From Octopus bimaculoides (taxonomy: Eukaryota), in NCBI RefSeq assembly GCF_001194135.2, contig NC_068981.1, positions 59,151,382-59,187,069 of the forward strand: DNA of 35,688 nt. The letters are read 5' to 3'. Made by a program: the position numbers and the translations under genes. This document shows positions 23,472 through 32,848 of the stretch, piece after piece. The stretch's first letter is position 1; every line of letters starts with the position of its first letter. The notes beneath the pieces were generated by a model. It saw only the letters and a program-made list of their open reading frames with translations, searched no databases and was not told the DNA's origin.

Positions 23472-24000
23472 CTCTCACATACACACACAAATGCACGCAC
23501 AAATACATTTGAACTCTCTAGAATTGCTTTAGGTTATGGTAAGCAGGGTTTTCTGTACTTGTTATTTTCTTTCTCAACCAGCAAACCTGGGGCAATATTT
23601 TCTCATGAAGGAAAATCCCTTCTCTCCACGCCAACGAATGATATATTCACATACATACATACATACATACATACATACATACACACACACATACACATAC
23701 ATACATAAACATGTGTATATATATATATTTATGCATATTTATATATATACACACAGTTCACCCATATACATGTGTACATATATGTATACATACATATAGA
23801 TAAAGTTCGCCCACCGGGCGAACTTTCCGTCTGGCTTCTGTCGTTCATACATTTTAAGAGCTTATATAAAAAGGAAGAGACGAGAAAACATTAACAATTC
23901 TTTATTTGCATAAATACAATTTATCATGCTAAAATTTGTCGAGTATGTATCACGGTAGCAGAATAACTGCAAGTGCCTCCCCAGAAGGTGAAATTCGAAC

Positions 24001-24015
24001 ACACACACGCACACA

Positions 24016-24075
<60 letters not shown>
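24001..24075. repeat. (CA)n/(GCAC)n microsatellite
   Basis: Read directly. Confidence 0.95.
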
Positions 24076-24778
24076 TATGTATATGTGTAAAAAGTAATTA
24101 TCTTTTTTCTTCTTATTTAATAATAATTGCCTATTATTATATATATTTAATCAATAGACACGCGTTAATATTTAACACGCAATACGTCAGAACACCCTAC
24201 ATGAAGTGAACATGAAGATTCATAAACAACTCCCTCAGTAAAAAGTAATCAGAAAACGAAGGACGGGGGTTGGTCAATATCAAAGCATAGACAGGAAAGA
24301 ATGATGGTAGAAAGACAGAGAGTGAGGTATCTGCGTGTCATTTTGTGCACATAGAACCATCGTAGGCTATAGATTTTCATTTATGTATTTACTGTATGCT
24401 AATATTCCTTCTGAGACAAGCAGCTGTTTATATGTAGCTGAGACATGAGTGTCTGGTTTATTATTTACACTGCATATTAACTACTCAGAAAGCAAAAAGG
24501 AAAAAAAAAAAAAGAACTATACATGGTTATGTTTCTTCAGTCCTCAGCATGAACAAGAGATCTTAACAGAGAGAGAGAGAGAGAGAGAGAGAAAAAAAAA
24601 AGCATTACAGCCGACATTGTTTACCTTAAGGATATTGTAAAAACAAGATAGAAAGTTGGTTTTGCAAAATATTCTCTTCAATGACCTGCTTTTGTACATG
24701 CATTGCATGTGCAATTTTTCACTGAGGGTGTCTATTGATACTTTCAGTCAATTGCAGGACCCAGCAACAGAGGCACAT

Positions 24779-24796
24779 TGAAGAGGCACATAGACA

Positions 24797-24857
<61 letters not shown>

Positions 24858-24874
24858 TGTATGTATATATTATC

Positions 24875-24914
<40 letters not shown>

Positions 24915-24925
24915 TCAATAATAAC
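24779..24925. repeat. (TA)n, (TATG)n, (AAT)n compound microsatellite
   Basis: Read directly. Confidence 0.95.
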
Positions 24926-25031
24926 TCGTCTGTATAAGTTTGGAAGTGTTGTTTTTGGATATTAGTTATTCGATGTCGCTTGGTCGAATGCGTATTTAAT
25001 TATTAGTACTTTCAAATTTGTATATTGGAAT

Positions 25032-25104
25032 ACTACACTGAAGAGGGAAATAAGTGAGTGAATATGAATTTTACATCTCATTAATTCCGAAACGTGTATG
25101 TAGT
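25032..25104 (+). ncRNA. Type I hammerhead ribozyme motif (PLE/retrozyme type) with intact catalytic core
   Basis: Stem I actaca (25032-37) / tgtagt (25099-104), 6/6 bp; CUGAAGA at 25038-44; stem II ggga..uucc, extendable by agugag/cucauu; GAAA at 25089-92; stem III ACGUGU self-complementary with G-U pairs; GUA cleavage triplet at 25096-98. Confidence 0.75.
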
Positions 25105-25273
25105 CGAAGTCGTGTAGATTCGTTATTATTTTTCTTTATCTACGTAAAATAAGAGTATTGCTGTCTGGGAGATATCTTATGGTAGAGGAATAGTATTTAT
25201 GCTATTTCTAAATTCGGTATGTGGTGAAGCAATTTGCTGAACCATAATTATAATTATGCTCATAATTATAGAA

Positions 25274-25277
25274 TTTT

Positions 25278-25327
<50 letters not shown>

Positions 25328-25619
25328 CGTGTGTGTGTGAATATATATATATATNNNNNNNNNNNNNNNNNNNNNNNNNNNNNNNNNNNNNNNNNNNNNN
25401 NNNNNNNNNNNNNNNNNNNNNNNNNNNNNNNNNNNNNNNNNNNNNNNNNNNNNNNNNNNNNNNNNNNNNNNNNNNNNNNNNNNNNNNNNNNNNNNNNNNN
25501 NNNNNNNNNNNNNNNNNNNNNNNNNNNNNNNNNNNNNNNNNNNNNNNNNNNNNNNNNNNNNNNNNNNNNNNNNNNNNNNNNNNNNNNNNNNNNNNNNNNN
25601 NNNNNNNNNNNNNNNNNNN

Positions 25620-25680
<61 letters not shown>

Positions 25681-25710
25681 GAGAAAGAAAGAGAGGGAGA
25701 CAGAGAGAGA
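25274..25710. repeat. (TG)n, (TA)n, gap, (GA)n microsatellites
   Basis: Read directly. Confidence 0.93.
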
Positions 25711-26022
25711 GTGAAAGGAAAAAGGTGCGTGAGATTACGAGCTAGATGGGAATGTGGTTCTATGGAGAGAATTACAAAAGAAAGAAGGGAAAGATGTGTT
25801 CACACGAATATCTGTGTTTTGAGATAACAATAAGGGTTGGTGATGCATGTCGTTTTTTGGTGCTTGCGCATATGTGTTGGTGTATACATATCTATATATT
25901 TACCTGATAATTATTCAGCTAAACATTAGTGGTGGGAGGTGATACGTATGTTTCACGCTAATACGATCATTCGCGCACTAGCATGGCTCACACAATTTAC
26001 TTTGCATTATACATTGAGTTTA

Positions 26023-26213
26023 AAGCAAAGAGCAGGCGGAATAGCTAACACACCAGAGAAAATGATTAGCGTCGTTTCTTCTGTCTCTTTATGTTCCGCC
26101 GAGGTCAACTTAGCCTATTATCGTTTTGGGCTCCATAAAATAAGTACCAGTGGAACACTTGAGTTATCGACTAGCTCCCTCTCTATAAAATTCCAGGCCT
26201 TGTGCTTATACAT
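26023..26213 (+). mobile_element. SINE family B, diverged
   Basis: ttccgccgaggtcaacttagcc..aaataagtaccagt..aaaattccaggccttgtgc, homologous to 3402-3545 and 4233-4437. Confidence 0.8.
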
Positions 26214-26220
26214 TGGTTTC

Positions 26221-26358
26221 AGATTTCGGCACAAGGGTAGTAGTTTTAGAGGAGGAGCGAAGCCGATTAGATCGACCCCAGTGCTCGACAAGTACTTATT
26301 TTTTCGACCCCAAAAATATGAAAAGGCAAAGTCGACCTTGACTGAATTTGAACACAGA
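26221..26358 (-). mobile_element. SINE family B, 5'-truncated
   Basis: atcgaccccagtgc..gtacttattt..tcgacccc..atgaaaaggcaaagtcgacctt..gaatttgaac is the reverse complement of family B. Confidence 0.85.
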
Positions 26359-27028
26359 CAAATTATACATTGAGAGCTTTTAACGCTTTTATTTTCTTCA
26401 ATATATACATTATATACATACACACGCTTACACCCCCACCCACCCATACACACACACACGCACATAAATATATATGTGTGTGTGTTGTGTGTGTGCGTGC
26501 GTATAAGCACATACATACATACACACATAATACATACATACATACATGAACACACACACATACACTTATATTGAATATGTATTTACGAATGAGAAAATTA
26601 TACAATATCGATAATGTAAAAATAGCAGAAGGAAATATGACAGTAATTATTAAAGGTTCTTTACACACTCGAACACATACACAGACACATACGCACACAC
26701 ACACATACACACACATACACACACATACATGCGCACACACACATACGTGCACACACACGCACGATCACACTCAAACACACACACGCACCAGTTAATAGAC
26801 GGAATATAAAATTAATTTCTTTGAACTCGTAGATTATTTCTTACGTTCCAAAATATTTCAGTTTTTAATTTTAATTGATCAAACACAAACATCAGATAAA
26901 ACACTTTTTTCCTCAAAGTAATTGTTGTTTTCCTCCACTTTAGTCTTATCTATCAAAATTTCTAACGATTTATCTTTACTATATAATTGGCTGGTCGGTA
27001 TACCTGCGAAAATATACATAAATACATA

Positions 27029-27031
<3 letters not shown>

Positions 27032-27120
<89 letters not shown>
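27032..27120. repeat. (TC)n microsatellite
   Basis: Read directly. Confidence 0.95.
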
Positions 27121-27286
27121 CCCCTGTATATATATATATTATATATATATATGAATCATTTTCTCGTAAATTATTTGTTCCGTATTGAAATTATTTCCAC
27201 ACTGGTGGCTGCCATGATTTCGGCGCAAAATGAACCAGTTGCAGCACAGACTTCACCATGACTGGTAGGGGCTCTCTATCATGGTA

Positions 27287-27341
27287 ATGCGTGCTGAGGA
27301 ATGTGAGGTTATTATGCCAGTCTAGAAACCGGTCCATGTGT
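27287..27341 (+). ncRNA. Type I hammerhead-like motif with degenerate stem II
   Basis: atgcgtg-CTGAGGA-(24 nt, poorly paired)-GAAA-CCGGTC-catgtgt: palindromic stem III ACCGGU, GUC triplet, 7-bp stem I with G-U pairs. Confidence 0.45.
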
Positions 27342-27654
27342 GTCGAAATACTTTAATGTAGCCCGTTAGCCTTCGGACGGTTGATTTCTATAGTTATTAT
27401 CAATGTATATTGGCGATTTAAATAGGAGTTTTAACTGTTGCTTCCAGCAGGTAGACATACTTAATATGTCCTTTGATTAATTGTAATCCTTCAGCTATTT
27501 AATGCTTTTTTTTGGGGTGGGGGACTGCAATCTCCTGTATTATTGAATCTGTTATCCTTTTTAAATTGTTACACTAGATAATAACAGAGTCAATGGTATC
27601 TTCGCAAATTATTTTTTCGTGAATTATGTCTCTCGTAAATCATTTGTTCCGTAT

Positions 27655-27656
<2 letters not shown>

Positions 27657-27712
<56 letters not shown>
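27657..27712. repeat. (TA)n microsatellite
   Basis: Read directly. Confidence 0.95.
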
Positions 27713-27715
<3 letters not shown>

Positions 27716-27960
27716 CACGTATGTATATATACTCGCTTTTGGATTTGGTTTGCAAGATTCATTATGTGAATTCGTGTGTTGAAGTATATTTTATTGTGTG
27801 TGGGGAGAGTCATTCTCTTTTAGTGCCTTATTACTTAACACACTCCTCGATTCAATTTCCACTCATTTACTTATTATTTTTTTATAAAACTTTTGCTGTG
27901 TCTTGCCAACTTTTCGGTAGCCGTTGACTCTGTCCGTTATCAGAGCTGCGTTCTTTTTGT

Positions 27961-29050
27961 AGGTATGTAGATGACATTAATATTCTAGTTAGGACAATCT
28001 CTAGTATCTGTAATGTAGAAACCGAGAGAAGCATAATGGAGAGCATCCAGCATGTAGCTAACTCCATCCATCAAAGTATCAAGGTAACTATAGATTACTC
28101 CACCAGGCACCCTGCCCTTAATACTGAACTTTGAGACTGAATACCACAGGTGCAGCTCCTCCACTTCTATTACATGAAACTACCCATGGCTTCTGAATAT
28201 TCTATTCACAAGAACTCAGCTTTGTTACACAACATGAAAATCAACATACTGATAGCAGACTTAGTTAGGATAATGAACAACATGTCCCCACTATGCAAAC
28301 CCTATGAAACAAAGAAACATGTACAGAACTTAATGGACCCCATGATATCTCTTGATATGACCAGAAAGATAGGGTTCGGCTATTCAGGGGTGCTAGAATG
28401 AAGTTAGATAGCATTGTATGCGATGAAACCAGTTGTACCTGCCCTAGATATAGAAGTAAAGACTGGAATAGGATACAAAGAATATATGACAAAACAAATA
28501 GGGTGAACACGTAGTACAAAACCGACAAATATCAAGGAGTGATGCTTGTAGAGGCCACATCCCATGGAGAACTAGCCTGAAGATTTAGAAAAGCTCTGAG
28601 GGAGGCCAAACTCAACGTTAAGATCGTTGAAATGCTAGGGAGCTCCATCAGATCACAACTATGTAGGACATTACCCCTTTGAGAATACTACAACTTCAGA
28701 GTATGTAAGATTAACCCTCATTAATCCTTAACAATAGAACTAGAAATGTAGTCTACAGTGTAAGGTGCATAGAAGGTGCTTGTAAAGACAAGAACATGAT
28801 ATGCATAGAAGCATTGCAGAGAGACTAAACGACCATTTCACACAATATGACGACAAAGCGCACACACACACACATACACACAAAAACAGTCCTCCACACT
28901 TTACCAACATAACAAAGACCAACATGGAGGCACACTGGGTCAATTTGAAGTCCGCATTTTATCCTAGCACTTGAAGGACCCAATACTCAAACAAATATAG
29001 GAGTACATCCTCATAAATGAAACATAGCCAGTATTAATTAGGAAATATAC
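27961..29050 (+). mobile_element. Penelope-like retroelement remnant: RT from the YVDD motif, linker and GIY-YIG endonuclease (pseudogenised)
   Basis: RYVDDINIL (27961)..ANSIHQSIKVTIDY..LHFYYMKLPMASEYSIHKNSAL..KINILIADLVRIM..VMLVEATSHGELA..KIVEMLGSSIRSQL..VYSVRCIEGAC..RSIAERLNDHF..HGG..FEVRIL..DPILKQI. Many stops and frameshifts; (CA)n inserted at ~28860-28882. Confidence 0.88.
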
Positions 29051-29326
29051 GTACAAGGTAGTCATACTTCAAAACCCACCGTTTAAATATACACAGGTAG
29101 GCTGTTATGCAGCCGTGTATATATATACATATATATATATAAGGTATTGATATCTGGAAGACCCAAAGAGTAGCAGGTAACGCTAAGTATGTGCTATGGA
29201 CAGATCGTAGTTAAACTCTTGCTTCTATAGTGATACGAGTGAGGAGTTTAATGTGGGGCTTGTATTAGCATGTATATATACATATTAGAAAAAAGCGATA
29301 ACAAAGCCTTTGTTATCTCTTTTTGA

Positions 29327-29357
<31 letters not shown>

Positions 29358-29364
<7 letters not shown>

Positions 29365-29466
29365 GTAGTATATTGCCACTTAAGTGTGGCTGATCCCTAG
29401 GGGTGGATGTCGTGTGTCGATAAGCCAGCTGGAGGAGATGTCCTCCTGGGGCTAAAAGCAACAGTA
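29358..29466 (+). repeat. Young interspersed repeat inserted in (TA)n, truncated by a gap
   Basis: First 31 bp identical to 11436-11466; GC-rich body with an internal hairpin ggagga-gatg-tcctcc. Confidence 0.7.
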
Positions 29467-31739
29467 NNNNNNNNNNNNNNNNNNNNNNNNNNNNNNNNNN
29501 NNNNNNNNNNNNNNNNNNNNNNNNNNNNNNNNNNNNNNNNNNNNNNNNNNNNNNNNNNNNNNNNNNNNNNNNNNNNNNNNNNNNNNNNNNNNNNNNNNNN
29601 NNNNNNNNNNNNNNNNNNNNNNNNNNNNNNNNNNNNNNNNNNNNNNNNNNNNNNNNNNNNNNNNNNNNNNNNNNNNNNNNNNNNNNNNNNNNNNNNNNNN
29701 NNNNNNNNNNNNNNNNNNNNNNNNNNNNNNNNNNNNNNNNNNNNNNNNNNNNNNNNNNNNNNNNNNNNNNNNNNNNNNNNNNNNNNNNNNNNNNNNNNNN
29801 NNNNNNNNNNNNNNNNNNNNNNNNNNNNNNNNNNNNNNNNNNNNNNNNNNNNNNNNNNNNNNNNNNNNNNNNNNNNNNNNNNNNNNNNNNNNNNNNNNNN
29901 NNNNNNNNNNNNNNNNNNNNNNNNNNNNNNNNNNNNNNNNNNNNNNNNNNNNNNNNNNNNNNNNNNNNNNNNNNNNNNNNNNNNNNNNNNNNNNNNNNNN
30001 NNNNNNNNNNNNNNNNNNNNNNNNNNNNNNNNNNNNNNNNNNNNNNNNNNNTTTAAATATACACAGGTAGGCTGTTATGCAGCCGTGTATATATATACAT
30101 ATATATATATAAGGGAAATAAGACAAGGTAGAAAATACGAAAATAATTTTATCGTGAAGAACATCGGTTTCAGTCTATGCGACATTTTCAAATTAGAGTA
30201 AAGCATGAAAAACAATTAAATTGTGGAAAAATGAAATGAAATGTTTTTTAAAAAATATTTCCATAGTTTTCAAATGTAAGGTACATTTTAATCTTTTCTG
30301 TCTGTCTGTATCTCTCTTTTTTACTCTTGTGAAGGGTTCGTAGAAGGTAATAGGTAGTAGTAGTCCTAAAAGAATATTTGATTTAAGTTTTTGGTTTTGA
30401 TTGTTTAAGCAGCAGTAGTAGCCTAGGAAAGATGCGGCGAAGAAGAAGAAAAAGATGGAGTAGGAAAAAAAGAGGAAGAATAATAAAAATACGGGAGTGG
30501 TATGACAGTAGTAAGTTGTTGGTGGAATCCTCTTAAATGGTCAAGTGACGTAAAAGTTACCTGTTGTGGTTGTAATAGTAGTGACTGGAGTTGTTCTGAA
30601 TAAATTCATGGGAAGTGACTATTCTGAATATATCGTTTTTAATATTTGCGTGGGTATTATTCTAAGGCCCTTGTAGTAGTGTCATTTGTGGTGGATGCAT
30701 TCAAAATAAGTTTTTTATTTTGTGATAAAATATAACTCTTTGCTAATGCGCTGACTACAGGTTGCATCGTCCCTGAATTTATAGAGGGGAAAAAAATTGA
30801 AGTTGGATTGTTTGATATTGGCGCAAATGTCGATGTGATCACTGAATGCTATTTTTCTGTATTCCCGAATTTTGATCTGCGATCTATGTAGAGCCATCCT
30901 TTGACGTAGACTGTTTTTGGTTTGGCCTATGTATTACTCTCGACGCCCAGAGAAAGTTAATACATATATTACGTTCTCCAAAGCACACGTGAAGTTGTTT
31001 TTCACAGTATATATATTATAATATTCGGGAATGTCAAAATCCAAACTTACAAGGATATTCAATTTAGTAATACCAAATTGAATTTTATAATGAAAAATAT
31101 ATTAATAATTTAGAGAAGAACCACCAAGATGCAATCCAAACAATGAAGGAGATCAGACACCATCAAGAAAAACGTACTCTCCAAAATACTGATTTAAAAA
31201 TCTATGAAATCTAAAAGAAAAGTTTATAATCTATAAAATATATAAAATATTAGATAAAAATTTAATTCAGTTTAGTAAATTCATAAAAAAGAAATTGAAT
31301 AATAGAATACGCGCGTTTCGTGGCCACATAATAGTGGAAAAATCTGTGCAATTTACAATAAATCGATCAAGATAATTTCCACTCAGAATGAAGACACTCT
31401 TCCAAAAAAATTATCCTAATATTTAAATAATGCAAATAAAATAAAACAGGAAAAAGTAGAAATATCTGTACGTGTAGGAAAGTAATTATTAGTACAATAC
31501 ATAAAATGTCAAGGTTTTATAATAATAATCATCTGTCAAGTTAAAGGCATAATTTGTCTAATGGAGAAATGCTTCCTGTGGATTAAGAATAGGAAAACAT
31601 ATAAAAGATAGTATTATTAACTATTAAATGAATTCGAACGTTTAACAGTATTAATAAAAAGAACAGCATCACTTATCTTATCGAAGATTCTTTGTTGACT
31701 GTAGTATTACCCATAAAGCATATAATTTATACGACGTGT

Positions 31740-31820
31740 GTCATGTGACAAAATGGCGTCCCTCCGTGAACACAAATATCCAATTTACTATGTAAAATTA
31801 AGATATGTAAATCACGTGAT
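31740..31820 (+). promoter_or_regulatory. Candidate core promoter/TSS motif cluster
   Basis: GTCATGTGAC E-box (31740-49) abuts AAAATGGCG (YY1-type, ATG at 31754); palindromic ATCACGTGAT at 31811-20; locally CpG-containing within very AT-rich DNA. Confidence 0.3.
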
Positions 31821-32131
31821 AATATGCCGTCATAAGGACAAGAGAGAAGAAGAACGTATTAAATGAATAAAATGACGAAGTATGTATAATAGACGGGAAA
31901 CTAATAAATAGTATGCTATTTAATGGAAGAAAATTTAATTATTATTAAAGTTTAAGTGATAAGAACTAATAAATGTATTAAATATCTAATGTACGTAAGT
32001 TATACTATATTATGAGGAATAATAATATTTCAGTGAACTTGTTATACGTCTCTGAGTAGTTTATTTCTATTCGAAATATAGTAATGACTTTGTAGAAGAG
32101 AATAAAGTTTAGTTAGTCGTGTAGGTTTGTG

Positions 32132-32848
32132 GGATCTATTTTAAAACGGGGGCCACAGTTTTCATTAATGTTTTACGTAGTGTTTTTGGTACCGAAAGAC
32201 TTTCAAACTTCGTATACTTATCTATTTTGTGTTATAGAACAGAAAAATATTTTTGTATTCGAAATTATTTCATGTAAAAAATTGTCTTATTTCGATAATT
32301 TCAACCAATCACTGACAAGTATTCAGTTGTTTACATTTACTCCTTTGGCTGATTAAGCGGTGTAAAGCGTATTTAATCTCCATAACTTCTGACATTTGCA
32401 GAGAGGCATTTTAAATTTGCTTTTTTCATTTGCTTTTTTTTTTCGTTTTATTTGCTTTTTTCTTTTTAAATTTGCTGTTTTACCCTAACCCTAACCCTAA
32501 CCCCAGGGTTAGGGTTAGGGTTAGCATATAATAGAAAGGTTTATTAGCTACTGCCAATATGCTTCAGCCATTTTTTGACAAGGAAATAATAATTTTATCA
32601 CCGATAGAATTGTTTCAGAATCGTTTGTTTATGTAGTCGGCACTTAATGTATATCGGCTGAATGGACGTCAGTGATTGGTTGAAATTACAGAAATACGAC
32701 GACTTTAACATGGAATAACTTAGGGATTTCTTTTTTTTTAAAGAAGACTAAGAGAAAAAGATGTTTTATATGACACGTTCTACCAGTGCTCCAAGTTTCA
32801 AAGTGTTTCGTTAAGAAAATACTGTGGCCCCCGTTTTAAAATAGATCC
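32132..32848. mobile_element. Non-autonomous DNA transposon (MITE-like, 717 bp), possibly Merlin/IS1016- or MULE-related
   Basis: Perfect 28-bp TIRs GGATCTATTTTAAAACGGGGGCCACAGT (32132-59, 32821-48); 8-bp TSD GGTTTGTG (32124-31, 32849-56); second 21-bp perfect inverted repeat at 32296-316 / 32668-88; no ORF. The superfamily is inferred. Confidence 0.92.
32482..32524. repeat. Inverted telomeric-type repeat (CCCTAA)n-(TTAGGG)n inside the MITE
   Basis: 19-bp perfect arms 32485-32503 and 32506-32524 with a 2-nt spacer. Confidence 0.95.

Noticed and set aside
3291-30201. Long ORFs in the supplied track (e.g. 3373-4344, 11223-12269, 16299-17393, 29407-30201)
   Set aside because: They are open only because they cross N-gaps or di-/tetranucleotide repeats (poly-CV, HT, YI, MYVC).
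31305-31390. Minus-strand hammerhead (GAAACGCGCGUA with palindromic stem III)
   Set aside because: The upstream core is CUGAGUGG (lacks NGA) and stem I does not pair.
32482-32524. Ancient telomere-telomere fusion site
   Set aside because: Orientation is (CCCTAA)n then (TTAGGG)n, opposite to a fusion, and it lies inside a TIR/TSD-bounded transposon.
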